64,000 nt of DNA, from assembly GCA_009914755.4 (NCBI GenBank), contig CP086569.2:2784001-2848000 (forward strand), written 5' to 3'. This document shows positions 13,730 through 27,415 of the stretch, piece after piece. Made by a program: the position numbers and the translations under genes. The stretch's first letter is position 1. The number at the start of each line of letters is the position of its first letter. Below the pieces are notes generated by a model. That model was not told the DNA's origin and did no database searches. It saw only the letters and a program-made list of their open reading frames with translations. The stretch is from the human T2T-CHM13v2.0 reference genome, Homo sapiens.

Positions 13730-15235
13730 CAAATGAACAAACAAACAAAAAAACTAAGCCAAAAGTTAACAAAAGGAACAATATAGTAGTACAGGTTACA
13801 GAAGAAATAATTGAAAGAGAGAATAGAATAACAATGGAAAAAGAAAATAATTCACAGATCCTTTGAAAGAAGCAGTGCACTGCTGCAAATTCTGTGAAAC
13901 AGGTGAAAAACTTTGACTTCCCAAAGTGTGAGAGGGGGTAAACCTATCTCCAAAACACATCCCCACTGGGGAATTTAAAACTCTAGATCATGCAAGAAGG
14001 ATTTACCCTTACCTAGAGCTGAAACAGACTTAGGGAGTTGTGTGAAATATGAAAGTAGAAGTAGCAGTGGGAAGTGCCTTGCAGATACTCACAGTCTCCA
14101 GCTGGAGCCCAGGGAAGCCATCCTTGACTATACCTCACAGAGCCCCTCAGGAAACAGTCAGCAGAATTGGGGAGGTGTTTCATGGCAAAGGAAGCATCCA
14201 ACTAAAATTGGTAGTGGTTTTGACTGGGAACAATTTTTTTTCAGTGGAGTCTGGGGAACATTCAAGAGCCGCTGCAGATAAAAGTGCAGGAGTGCAGCAG
14301 CTGCCCAGACAAAGTGGGCAGATGAGGAGGAGCAAGGTTTGAAAAAGAAAGCTATGCTTGCGTTCTCAGCAGGGAAGCCCACAGCTTGGGGCAAGGTCTG
14401 AATGGGGCACTTGGGGACTCAGACTGGCTTTGTGAACTGCATGGAAGCTAGGTGAGGCCTCTCTCTATAGCCTATCCACCACTTCCCTGGTGAACTATAT
14501 GACACAGCAGAGATGACCAAGATCCCCTCTGGAACATAACCCCACTGGACTGAAAACCACTGCTAAATCACCCAAGTGGCTGTGGCAAGCCCTGCCTAAA
14601 GAGAGTTTGAGCCCAGATCTGCCTAACCTTGCCCACCTGATGGTATTTCTCTACCTGCCCTCATAGCCAAACACAAGAGACAGAAACTCTTGGGAGCTTT
14701 ATAGCCCTGCCCATCTCCTTAGAAATCAAAATAATCACCCTAGCCAACTTAGGGCAAGCTTAGAATCCCCACTACTGCTGCAGCTGGTGCTTTCCAAAAA
14801 GCACCACCTCTTTGCTGAAGGACAAAGAACACAGGCCACTACAGCAACTCATTACAGAATAACCCTGACCCAGGAAGGAAAATACAATACCTAATTTGAC
14901 TTCCTGCAACATCCTGGTTAAAGAGTTCCTGAGTGTGCTCATGTGACAACTTCACTGCTGGCATAGCCAGCATTTGAGAAAGCCAGCACACTTAACATAT
15001 CTACAACCAGACTCACGTAGTCTACTTCATTGCCCTGCCACCTCTACCAGAGGAGGTGCTGGTATCCATGGTTGGGAGACCTGAAGATGGATCCCATCAC
15101 AGGACTCTTTGCCGACATTCTCCAGCACTAGCCTGGCGCCTTGTAGCCCTGCTGGGTAGCTAGACCCAGAAGAGAAATAACAATAACTGCAATCTAGTTC
15201 TCTAGAAGTCCCATTCCATATTAAAAAATGCTCAA
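13730..15235 (+). mobile_element. L1 5-prime UTR-like sequence (family uncertain) fused directly to an ORF2 C-terminal segment
   Basis: GC-richer, non-coding sequence whose composition and phrases resemble older L1PA/L1PB 5-prime UTRs. At about 15236 it joins directly to L1 ORF2 sequence with no ORF1 or ORF2 N-terminus. I cannot confirm the identity by eye. Confidence 0.4.
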
Positions 15236-15890
15236 CATCACTAATTATCAGGGTGATGCAAATTAAAACCACTATGAGATACTACCTTACTCCTGCAAGA
15301 ATGGCCATAATAAAAAAAATCAAAAAATAATATATGTTGGCATGGATGTGTTGAAAACGGTATACTGTTACAGTGATAGTGGGAATGTGAACTAGTACAA
15401 CCACCATGGAACATAGTATGAAGATTCCTTAAAGAACTAAAAGTAGAACTATCGTTTGATCTGGCAATCCCACTGCTGTGTATCTACCCAGAGGAAAAGA
15501 AGTCATTATATGAAAAAGACACTTGCACATGCATATTTATTGTGGCACAACTTAAAATTCAATAATATGGAACCAGTCTGAATGCTTATCAACCAAAGAG
15601 TAGATAAAGAAAATGTGGTATATATACACCATGGAATACTACTCAGCCATCAAAGGGAAAAAAAATAATGGCATTCACAGCAACCTAAGTGGAGTTGGAG
15701 ACCATTATTCTAAATGAAGTAATTCAGAAATGGAAAACCAAATATCGTATGTTCTCACTTATAACTGGAAGCTAAGGTATGAGGATACAAAGGCATAAGA
15801 ATGATATAATGGACTTTGGGGACTCAAGGGGAAGGGTAGGAGGCAGGTGAGGGATAAAAGACTACCCATCGGTATGTGGTCAAGTGATCT
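15236..15890 (+). mobile_element. L1 ORF2 C-terminal segment through 3-prime UTR (fragment 1)
   Basis: Conceptual translation gives [63 protein letters not shown], all canonical L1 ORF2 C-terminal motifs. Confidence 0.8.
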
Positions 15891-16745
15891 TCAACAAGGG
15901 TGCCAAGAATACACAATGGGGGAAGGATAGACTCTTCAACAAATGTTGTAAAAGCTAGTTATCCACAAGCAAAAAAAATTAAAAGTAGAATCTTATCTCA
16001 CAAACAAAAATCAACTCAAAATGTATTAGTGATTTATACATAAGACCTGTAACTGTAAAACTCCTAGAAGTCAACCTATGAGGGAATCTTCATGACATTG
16101 GGCTTGGGAATGATTTCTTGAATATGACACCAAAAGCACAGGCAATAAAAACAAAGAAAAAAGTGGTACTAAATGGAACTAAAGCTTCTGCACATCCAAG
16201 AAAATAACAGAATGCAAAGGCAACCTATGGAATGGGAGAAAATATCTTTAAACCATGTATCTGATAAGGGATTAATATTAATCCAAAATGTATGAGGAAC
16301 TTCTATATCTGAACAGAAAAAACCCAAATAACCAGATTTTTAAAAAATGATCCAAGTCTTGAATAGGTATTTCTATAAAGAAGATACACAAATTGTCAAC
16401 AGGTACATAAAAAGATGCTCAACAATACTAATCATCAAGGAAATGCAAATCAGATATTACCTCACATTTGTTAGAATGGCTATTATCAAAAACAAAACTA
16501 ATGTTAAAGTGTTTGTGAAAATGTGAAAACATTGGAAACGCATACATTGTGGGTAAAAATCCAAAATGCTGGAGCCACTGTGGAAAACAGTATGGAGGTC
16601 TCTGAAAAAGTTCTGAATAGAATTACCATACAATCCAGCAATTCCACTATTGGGCATATATTCAGAATAATTGATATCAGCATCTTGAAGAGATACCTAT
16701 ACTCCCATGTTTATTGCAGCATGGATTTAATAGGTGGGTCTTAGC
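15890..16745 (+). mobile_element. L1 ORF2 segment (GKD.LFNK to CTPMFIAA), fragment 2. It covers, a second time, part of the ORF2 interval already present in fragment 1
   Basis: GKDRLFNKCCKS..., KINSKCI.DL, MQIRYYLTFVRMAIIKN, LEPLWKTVWRSLKK..IELPYNPAIPLLGIY, TPMFIAA. The MQI..FIAA region is therefore present twice within 1.5 kb. Confidence 0.8.
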
Positions 16746-17849
16746 CTATTTTGTGGGCTACTGTTCAAAGCACAGTTTAAGAGCCCTTGTGGTGGTGCCA
16801 CTGGAATTCTCAATGGCTCCCTCTGGTGCTGCCTAATGGCGTTAAGGGAGCTTCTCCAAGCTACGCTTCTGAATGTCTCTTGGTGGGGGATGGTTTTGAT
16901 ATGGGATTTCCCCAATGCTTTCTCCAACTATCTCTGCGTATGGGAGGAGGGTCTCAGCATGCAGGGACAAAGAGGCTTTCTGCCTTGGGCCAGTTGCTGT
17001 ACCTGTGTCACTAGCCCATCAACTATGATGTCTCTATGCCGGAGATGATAATCTTGAGCCTGTGGGTAAACATGCTTGCTGTGACTGTATCCCATTTTCT
17101 AGTTCTTCTCACCCTCGTTTCTATGTAGGATGGAAATATAGCCTTGGGTTTTTGGGGAAGAAGAGGTTTCTCATTTTTCAGCGCTGTCTCTTTTTCTATC
17201 TAGTAACTCTAGATAGAAATCACTGCTTTAGTGATTCTGGGCATGTGGATTGGGAAAGTCTCAGGCCTGGAAGAGACAGGATGCTTTCCTGCCAAGAGTC
17301 TCAATCAAATTGTCTGGCCCAAGATGCCAGGATCCCTTTATGTCATAGGGTCTTCTATTCATTCCCGAGGATGAAAAAAATGACCAGGGTGCCTTTTGCT
17401 GTTAGATTTGGAGTCAGGAAATCCTGGGCCTGGAAGGCCTTCCATTGTTTGGTGGGATGACCAAGACATCCTGCTTCTTTGTTGTTCCTCCATTTCTGGA
17501 GTCCCTTACCAGTTTTCCTTCTTCTTACCACCTTTCAGAATTTTTTTTTTTTTTTGGTTGCATCTTGGATTATTTCCAGGGTATAAAGTTGTGTTTAGTA
17601 AATAAGAGAAGGGAGAAATAACTCTATGCCATCTTGTAAGATCTATGATTAGTTAGCTTTTTTAAAAAAAATGTTATAATGATGACTTTGTAAATATTTT
17701 TCTGCACCTCTAGCAAGTTTTGTTTTGTGTATTTAAAGATGGTTTCATTATGTGCATACAAGTTCAGAATTATGAAATTTTCTTGATGAATTGGTCATTT
17801 CGTTATTCTAAATTTATTAGGTTTTTTTTATTGCTGACATAAAACAACT

Positions 17850-18310
17850 CACCATAAACAACAACCATTCATTATTTCACATTTCTCTAAGTCAGAAGTT
17901 CAGGAGGCTCAGCTGAGATCAAGATGATGTAGGACTGTGTTCCTTAATGGTGATTCTCAGGAAAAGTCTACTTTCAAGCTTATTAAGGTTGTGGACTAAA
18001 TTCTGTTTCTTATAGGTATATGACTGAGATCCCTTATTCCTTGCTGTCAGCCAGGGAGGTTTTCTCAGCATCTAGAGGCCACCTATATTCTCTAAACCAT
18101 GACCCTCTTCATCTTCAAATTAGTGACAGCAGTTTGAGTCCTTCTCATGCTTCAAATTTTTTTGAACTCTCTTTATGCATCCTCTTTTGACACATCTCTA
18201 TTTTGCTTACAACCTAAGAAGATGCTCCACTTTTAAAGACTAATGTGATTAGATTAAGAGGAACTAAATAATCCAGGATAACATTACTACATTAAACATA
18301 TTTTTAATGT
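17850..18310. repeat. Possible ancient LTR-like repeat (MLT1/MER-type)
   Basis: Generic resemblance to old mammalian LTRs (..aagttcaggaggctcagctgagatcaagatgatg.., ..taagaggaactaaataatccaggataacat..). Weak. Confidence 0.3.
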
Positions 18311-20964
18311 AATTTTGACCTTATAATTTAAAAAGTTCTTAGGTTCCAGTAATTTGGATGTGGAGATCTTTGGGGTCCATTATTCTGTATACTATATGAG
18401 ATGACACTCTCTCTTATTAATAATGATTTTTCTTAGTAATTTTATTTTATATGATATCAATGTAGTCACCTTCACTTTCTTTTCATACTTTATATTGCAT
18501 CAATAATTTTGCACATCTGCATTTTTGTATATAGCATATAGGTATATTTTTAAATTTGATTATTTCTGTCTTATAGGTGAAATATTTAGCTCATTCACTT
18601 TTATCAGAAATATGGCATTTTTAGATATTCGCACATATTAATTTTTGCTTTCTATTTTAAAATTTTCTATATCTCTTTCTTTATTCTTCTTTTACTCAAG
18701 TTATTTTGGGTTTTATTTATTTTTTTTTGGCTCTGTTGCCTTGGGAGCTATATACCTTACTTCTATTTTTTTAGTAGTTACCCCCTTCCAGGACCTTTCA
18801 CCTCACAGATATAACAAGGTCTGAAGATAATGCCTTAATATCTTTTCTATACAATAGAAAGACTTTTAACTCACTTAACCTAAATTTAGCCTCTCATCAC
18901 TTACATTCTATTTTGTCTAATGTCTAAGATTTGTGCTTTATTAAAACCTTCCTTAGAAACTTCTTTTTCATTGATTCATGTTAAACCATATTTTTATTAT
19001 TTTACACTGATAATTTATTTGTTAAGATTCCCCTGTTAAGTCTATAAATTTCTTTGCTTAATATTTTTTCCTTTGTCACAAATATTCATTTTGGGTTAAT
19101 TTTTCCTCTTCTTGCAATATTGAAAGAATTTTAGAGCATGTCAGTTGGTAATAAAATTGGCTGTTGTTTGAAAATTTATTTAGTTCTCATTATTGAGTAA
19201 TAATTTTTGAGAACACAATTTTGTTTTTACATTTATTTTCTCTTACACTTTTTATATACTGTCTTCTGGTTGTCCTTATTATTATTGAGATGTTTGTTTT
19301 AAGTATAATTATAATTTTTAAGCCCATATTAATTTTTAACTACTTAAAAAAAACCTTTGCCTTAATGTTTTGCAATTATATTACAATGTCTCTAGATATA
19401 TCATAATTTCCTTTACCATTTTAGTATTCATTGTATTTCCTGGTTCTTTATATTTAATTAGAGTTACAGAAGTCTTAGGAAATTTCTTGACAAATATTAT
19501 AATTCATTAACTCTGTTTATTGCTTTCTTCTGTGACTTCAATTATACCAACAGTACTCCTTTTCATTTGTTCACATTTATTAAACCTTTATATTTTCCAT
19601 CTACTTGCCTCTCAATATTCCATTCTGGGCAATTTCTTCAGGTCTATCGTTTAGTTCTAAATTTTCTTTTCAACTATGACTAAACTGTAGCTTAATCCAT
19701 CCTGTGAGTTGTTTTCGTTTTTTTTTTTTTTAATTTTTTTGACTTTTTATATCATCTATTTTTTGCCCTAATGCTTAATTCAGAGCATAGCACATAGCTA
19801 TTCCCAATATGTTCTCATTAAAGGTATTTATATTTGATTTTTAAAAGTAAGTAACAATAAAACTATGACAGAGGAGCAGCTTTTTCCTTTGAAAATTGTG
19901 GTTTAAATGCAGTAAGGGTTATTAACAATTCTACATGAATGACTTCTTATTTCACTGAAGTGTTTTATAAGGTTTTTAAAACAGTACTTCATAGCATCCT
20001 GCTCTTCAAAACATCTGTGGCTCTTTTTGGTTCCTATTAAGTGATAAATAACAACAGAATTTTGGTTCACATAAGGACCTGAAACAAGAAAGTTGGTTAA
20101 GCTATTCATACTTGTTGCTTTGAAATTGGGCTCATAGAATTTAATTTTATTATGTCTATAATTTGCACTGGTATTTTGTCAATTACCTTTTTTCTTAACT
20201 TACAAGTTACTTTTTTTAAAAAAAGAAAACCATATACAAAGCTTAGATTATATAATATAATGAACTGGTCATTTTTCTTCTCATCTCTCTATTCAAATCA
20301 TAGATTTCAAAGAGTTTAAATTATTAATTAATTTGTGTGTGTGTGTGTGTTATGTAGTGGAGAGGCAAACTTGATACATTTAATGCTTTAACATTATATA
20401 CTGATGCATTCCTAATTCAAAGTTATATCATGATATGAAGAAATATACACGTGAAGCTATTAAGAAAACATTTTTGTTTGTAAGGATTTTGAAAGTTGGA
20501 GGATCAAATAATAAAACTCAGAATTTTTCCTGTCCACAAAAAAAATGTGGAACATGAAACTCACCAAACGAGAGATATCTGAGAAATTGTAGTCAGTCCA
20601 TGATTTTTCTCCCCTCTCTGAGAACTATCACCCTCTATTCAAACAAATCTATAAGCAGAGTCCTTGGTATCATGTTTGTACTGTGTGACATTTGCCTCTA
20701 GGCCAAGGCTGATTGTCCCATGTATTTTTTTTAATTTTGAGAATTTAATTTTACATTTTTACACGTTCAAACTCAGTTACTTTTTAAATATTCCTTTTCA
20801 TTGTGTCTTTTTGTTCATTCATTTTTTCTTAATTGATGTATTTCATGAAGGTTTATTAATTTTTTAATTTGAATTATCCCTATTTCTATAATCTTTGGTG
20901 TCTATAAATCTCTTGCTTGTTGTTTCTCTTAACTCTAATTGATGGTGATTTGTTTTCTGGTTTT

Positions 20965-20980
20965 GTGTGTGTGTGTGTGT
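20965..20980. repeat. (TG)n microsatellite
   Basis: ttttgtgtgtgtgtgtgtgtaatg. Confidence 0.8.
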
Positions 20981-21730
20981 AATGTTTGATTAATATTACT
21001 TAATCATTGGGAAAGTCAGTGCTTTTCTCCAGAGAACTGGGGTTTAGTTTTTCTGGTCCAGAGCCTGGACTATTCTGGCAACCTTCCAAGTTGCCATTGT
21101 TAAATTGCAAATCTCAGAGAAGGAGAGAAAGAGGAAAAGTACTATTTCACAAAAGACTCTTATTAAATGTTTTTATCATGATTTTTTTCTCCTTTTAGGA
21201 TTTTGCTTTTTGAGGTTTACCTATTATGATGATCTGTTCAATAGTAAATATTCATTCAGTTGGTGTAGATAGCTTACATAAAATTCACCAAAGAGTATTC
21301 AGGGATTATGTGAAATTCTCAGCATAACTGGTTTATTGTTTCAGCTTATTCATGCTACTCTTGCACTTTCACAATACACATTAGAATATCAAATAACTTA
21401 ATAGATATTCCATTAAAGAAACATATTTGTGTCTATATAACTGAGCATTTCCAAAATATATGTGAGTATGAAACAAACCTATTTCTAAGATAATATTTAT
21501 TAATATTTCAAGTTTAATGGAATTTGCTTTAGGAAATGCCAGCTAAATATTATATTAGCTCTGATGGGTTATTACCCATAGTTGTACCATAACTATTAAG
21601 TGATATTTTAAAATTGAGGCAAATGTCTTTTTCTCACTCAAAATCTTATATATTATACAAAAACAAAACGTGGTTTTGTCAATACCTATTTATTCCAGGT
21701 ATGAAGAATATCACACATTCTCTTCACCTA

Positions 21731-21765
21731 AACACACAGACAGACACACACACACACACACACAA
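21731..21765. repeat. (CA)n microsatellite
   Basis: aacacacagacagacacacacacacacacacacaaac. Confidence 0.9.
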
Positions 21766-24734
21766 ACTTATCTAAAGAATCTTCCTATTGCTTACATAGT
21801 AGACATAATTAAGTAAATTTGAATGGGAGAACCAACTAATTGTGAGAATACCAATAGATATTCAGGCACTGTCTTGAGTGTCTCTGATGGATTGAGTTTC
21901 TCCAAACCTAGATTTGCTGACAGAAAAAATGTTAAAGATCCTAAATGTAAGCTAATCCTGAAAAGGAAAATCTGGCCTGATTACCCAGGCCTATTGGCAG
22001 GATCTTTCTGTTTGTAGGGGAAACTGGTTCCTGCACAGTGTGCGTTTGAGGCCACAAACTTCATGACAGCCAACCAACCTGTCCTGTGATCATAATTTGG
22101 GAAGCTTTGCAGATCGTGGTAGTATAAGTTATAAAGTCTGATAATGTTAACAATCAACTCCTTGACCCATTTTTACATCTTGGCTAGTGACTATTTTTCC
22201 TTATCAATGTATAAGGCACATTAGACTATAAGTAACATACTTTTCAAAACGACACCATTTTTTCAGTTACAGAAACAATGACAACTGGTCTTAAAATACT
22301 TAGACTCTCTTAATTTATTTCTTATGATTTGGGGAGGCAGGACTTGACAAAATTGAAATCTGTATGTGTTAGATAATTTGGGCAATTTTGAAGTAATAAA
22401 GTTTCAAAAACAAGTTATTTGACTCTCTACTATTATGTGTGAATAGTGATTAATTAGAGGAAAAAAATTTAAAATTACTTCAAAAAGAAGAGTTTCTGAA
22501 TATCCATTGATTTTCTCCCAGTTGGTCGATTCCCCCATGCAAATGGGGGAAGATGGCAGCATTTACACTCTATGCTAATGAAGTAAGTCACTTTTATTAC
22601 AAAAGTGCTAAAAAGTTAATGTGATCTATACTTTGCAGGACTTTTATTTGGGCTTTAGAACTAAAAGTTTACTGCTACTACATAGTTCTTACTGTATGTT
22701 TTTCTTACTTTTTTTTAATTATACTAACTGTAATAGACAGTGAATGGAAAACTTAATTTTGGGACTCTGTCATCTGCACACCTATGTTCCCAGAGTTTGA
22801 GGAATCAATGCAAGTGGTTTAGATGTGACAGTTTGGAAAAATATACTTCCCCAGTGCCTATAAAAGTAAGTACCTCCGAGTGAAGCGTTAGTATTAGGAG
22901 AGATCAGAGCCATATATGTTAATTAGCTTGTTAATTATTCTCTACTGTCACGTAAGATGAAAATTTCTATGTGTTTTCCATATATCACTTTATTAGCTTT
23001 TGAAATTTATTTTATCTCAATTTTGCCTGTATAAAATGTGGTGTATGATGTTCTGGGATACATGGGAATGGTGTGGAAATCAGAACAGGATGTGTTCCAG
23101 TCCAAACATATCTTTAGAGTTGACTGTGCCCACAAATGTGTTTCTGTGAGTGATGGTCTGACAAGTGATAGTCTGACAAGACATGACCGTTTTCCAAATT
23201 TTTACTTACAAATTAAAACACGAAAGTAAATCTATAATGTATGTTTATGAAAAATATTTTGATATCATCTCAGCCATTTAATAAGTCCCTAAAGAGGCTC
23301 TCATTTATTCCTGAAGAAGAGTCCTTAATATATTGTGAATGCTCGTTGATTCTGATAGCAAGTTGACTCCCCATTACTGCAACTGTTTTTATAATGTAGA
23401 AAGAGCGCTAAGTGTCAAGCACTTTACCTTTCCATAGCTAAGGAAATCCTTAAAAATATAATGGGGTTCCAAATCATAGAGTCATTTTAGTACTTTAATA
23501 AGACCACGATTTGTTTAATGTGAGCAGAGAAACATTGTAATCAGAATTATCCTTACCTGTAGGAGGTACAGACTCTAGTGAATTATGAGGGATGCTGGAA
23601 TGCGTTTCTGACCCAATTGATCTTGCAATTAGTACTGACCATGAAGTTTATTTGGTGATTACTTCATTTACTTAAGGCAGTAATTATGGGAAGAAAGGAT
23701 TGGGTAAATGTTGGTCAAAATATACAAAATTTCAGTTGGGGGAAGAAGTTCTAGAGATCTACTGTACAGTATGATGACTATAGTTAATAACAGTGTATTA
23801 ACTAGTTAATGTATAATTAATATATAATATATTTTAGGTATTCTCACCACAAAAACTGATAAGTATGTGTGGTAATGCATATGTTAATTATATTTACCTA
23901 AACCAACAATATATACATATTTTAAAGCATCGTGTCATATACCATAAATATATACAATTCTTTTTTGTCAATTAAAAATAATAATAAAAAACAAATGTTA
24001 TCCAGAAGAGTTTTAATACTCAGAACTGTTTGATAATAACTTATTGTGTGTTAATTTATACATTGCCTTTATTTATCCCCATTCAGTTAGAGTCTGAGTT
24101 GTTACAGAGATAATGAGTCAAATATCTGGTGCATGGAGCTGTAACAGTGTGGAGGAGCATAGGATGAAACTTTGCCACAGGTGGGAAATACTAACATGCA
24201 GAAAAGGAGTCCTAAAAATGACTCAATATGTGCTAAGTAAATGACTTTTAAATGTAGTAAGTGACAATTCTGTACACAATTATTGGTAAAGAATAATTTT
24301 GGAGTCCATTTTTAGATACCTTGTCAGCTTTCAAAAATATCACCATTTGAACACAGCAAGTGGTTTCTGATTTTTATTTCTTTAATTTGCCAGATTGTTT
24401 GTATTCTTGTAATTATAACTAGCCTAAATGGATAGCTATTGAGAGTGTAGTGTCTGTGCTGAAGATGTTAATGCATTTATGTTTTCTTTATTGCTCTGGG
24501 AAATAGTGGTATTTCATGTTAACATTGTGAGTTCCTCTGTACCTCTTTAGCACACTATTTATTCCATAAATAACAGGACAATAAAAATAAAGTCGAGTGA
24601 CCACCCGCTTTAAATCTACATTCAAATCAAATTTCATCACTAAATTATTGACATAAATAAATACACATAATTGGTTTTCAAAATGTGGCTACCTCCCCAT
24701 TATTCAGGACTTGATTATACAGGTCATAAGTTAC

Positions 24735-25070
24735 TGATATGGTTTGACTCTATGTCCCCACCCAAATCTCATCTTGTAGTTCCCATAATTCCCACATGTT
24801 GTTGGAGGAACCCGGTGGAAGGTGACTGAATTATGGGGGTGGGTCTTTCCTGCACTGTTCTCGTGATAGTGAATGGGTCTCACGAGATTTGGTGGTGTTA
24901 AAAACGGGAGTTTCTCTGCACAAGCTCTCTCTTTGCCTGCCACCAACCACATAAGATATCACTTGCCTCCCCAGCCACGTGGAACTGTGAGTACAATTAA
25001 ACCTCTTTCTTTTGTAAGTTGCCCAATCTCGGTTATGTCTTTGTCAGCAGTGTGAAAACAGACTAACACA
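24735..25070 (+). mobile_element. Solo THE1-family MaLR LTR
   Basis: tgatatggtttgactctatgtccccacccaaatctcatcttgtagttcccataattcccacatgttgttggaggaacccggtggaaggtgactgaattatgggggtggg...gtgagtacaattaaacctctttcttttgtaagttgcccaatctcggttatgtctttgtcagcagtgtgaaaacagactaacaca is co-linear with the THE1 LTR consensus from the TGATATGG start to the GACTAATACA end. Confidence 0.9.
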
Positions 25071-27184
25071 GTTACTTAAGCTTGTTTCCTGCTTGTCAGC
25101 ATCACCACTAGAGTCAGGATTCAGGAAGACGGAAGAGGAAAAAAGCATGACAACCATGTTTGCATCCAATAATCAGTTATTCTACTGATGTTATGGGGAG
25201 GAAATTGTAGTATCTTGCTAAGATAAAGATTGTGGGTTATTAGTAGATTTAATTAGTCCATACTAAAGACTGTTATAATTAGAACTGAGAACACAAAGTT
25301 GAAATCATGTACATTTATAAACATGTATTATATCTGTATATTAGTCTATGCTATATATAAATACGAAGAAATAACTCTTCACAATGGCTATAATAAAAAG
25401 TGTAGTTACTTCCTCTTCGTGATTTTTCTTTTTACACTTAAGTTACAAGGTCCTTTTATTAAAAATCCAAATGTGAAACTCCTGTCCATCTATGGGTAAT
25501 GAAAATAAAAGTTTCATGAAATAATATTTACCCTTAATATATGTGATATACTTTTATATTGCTATCCTAGTCTATGCATATTTGATGTTTTTTAATAGTG
25601 GTCGAGCCCTACTAAATTGATAAAATGACTTGTTCATAGATTTTTAAATCACAAGTTGAAAGAAACTGTTTAGTTAACTTGACAAGCTATCTTGATGTTG
25701 TGTATCACTAGGTAACTGTAAACAGTGTAGATTGTATTTACTGCCCCTGGAAAAAAATGCCTGGATTTTATCATTACTTCCTAAAACCAGATTAACTAAT
25801 TTTTATTTTAATCGTATGTTATTATTTAATAATTAAATACATTAGGTATCACATTATGTTATTACCCAAGCCACCAATTTGTAGAAAGGAATATTAAATT
25901 TGTTTTTTAAATTCAAAATCTCTTTTGTTAATTTTTTGCCATTTAAATCTTTCTATGAAGCTGAACTCTGGTGATATAATTTAAATTAAAGATAATATTA
26001 AGGCCTTTCTCAGGTTTTATAGAGCAGTTGAAGTTAGTTTCCAGGTATTTATGGAAAATGCTACTAATGAGGGAATTAAAAAACATCAAGGGTGGAGGGA
26101 GGGGCAGAAAGCAATCTAATCAAACTATTTTTATTCAAATTTTTTGCCTTATTCATTTTATTTATTTAGTTTTAATAGATGCTATATTGACTAGTTGGAG
26201 AGCGAAAAAAGGAGTAGAGTTTGAATGGAATTACAGTACACACAAACACAAGAGACTGAAAAGAGCCTTATTCATTTATCATTAAAATGGCTTTGACTTT
26301 AAGGTAAATCATGACTGTAAAGCTCATAAGTTCAGAGATTGTGCCTGTTTAATTAACTTTGATAATTCTAATATAGCCTGGTACCATAGAAGTCCTCTAT
26401 AAATGTGCATTGCATGGATACCTGAATTGATGTATAATTTTTGTACTTTTGTGAGTATTGAATATTTTGAAGTGCTGTTTTCTGCACATACCATGCACCT
26501 AATAAATATTTTTGAATGATGAACTTTTGCCTGCTTTGCTAAACTTTCACAGTTTGATAAATTTCACTAGACCAAAAATACATTAGAAAACATAGAAATT
26601 CATTTCTGTGATGACAGTGCATACAAGAAATTCCAGGTTAGTCTGATTTAATGTATTTTTTCTCAGTTGTCAAATGTGGTGCATGAAATTTTATTTCTGT
26701 ACACATATAATAAATTGTGGTTGAGATTTTGGTCTCTCTCACATTTGTTTAAATAGAAAAAGAAAATATGCTCCTAATACAGTCATCATATGAATCCTAG
26801 GATGAATCCCCATTTTTTGGAGGCTTTTAAAGCTCTAAATCTACTTCTAAAAATTATGCTGTTATCCTCTATAAAAGAGACTATTGAGAAAATTATTCAA
26901 AAGCTGTTCTTAAAATTTAACATATTTCACCCTCACATCATATTTTATAGTTTTATTTTGTACCTCAGGCCCAGATTGTTGAAAACTGAATGAATTCAAC
27001 CATTTCTTTATGTGTATAAAGCAGAAAGTAACCAACATAAAAAGATTACAATTGATCCTGAATATAAGTCAACCAAAAAAATTATCTTTCTTTTTGAACT
27101 GTATATATTGCATACATTCAAAACAATAAAGCTATTATTTGGTTAGTGTCAGAAATTTTCAAGAACTTCCAGATATTTTTAAAA

Positions 27185-27415
27185 TTAACTTTAGTGAGAT
27201 ATAATTGCATACAATAAAAGGTATATACTTTAAGCATAGAGTTGCATGAGTTTTGACAAATGTGTGCACCTATGTAATAATTACACTAATCAAGGTTAAG
27301 AACATTTTTATCACCCCAAAACATATTTCTTCTCTTGGAGTAAGTTCCTATACCTCCACTGCAAACAAGCACTGATGTGATTTCTAACTCTATGTATCAG
27401 TTTTTCTTTTTCTAA
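27185..27415 (-). mobile_element. L1M-type 3-prime end fragment in antisense orientation
   Basis: ttaactttagtgagatataattgcatacaataaaa...gagttgcatgagttttgacaaatgtgtgcacc...atttttatcaccccaaaacat resembles the antisense 3-prime end of L1M elements (tttattgagatataattcacata...catcacccc). Confidence 0.55.

Noticed and set aside
13195-13760. L1 twin-priming inversion (inverted L1 piece adjacent to a direct piece)
   Set aside because: In twin priming the inverted segment derives from L1 sequence 5-prime of the direct segment, and the direct segment carries the poly-A. Here the inverted piece is the extreme 3-prime terminus and the direct piece begins with 5-prime UTR-like sequence, so separate insertions are more likely. 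The same reasoning applies to the inverted and direct L1 pieces at 30975-31545 and 31555-33228.
17062-17460. 132 aa ORF in the GC-richer block as a coding exon
   Set aside because: There is no recognisable domain, no splice-site context I can verify, and no conservation evidence available. It is kept only as a low-priority item under findings.
17546-17562. T17 run as the poly-A tail of a minus-strand retroposed element or processed pseudogene
   Set aside because: The sequence to its right (17563 onward) shows no recognisable SINE, LINE or mRNA-like structure. Simple mononucleotide runs of this length are common in AT-rich human DNA.
22560-22600. Possible exon with an AA|GTAAGT donor-like site
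   Set aside because: A GTAAGT hexamer is expected by chance many times in 64 kb of AT-rich DNA. There is no matching acceptor or ORF context, and no support without transcript evidence.
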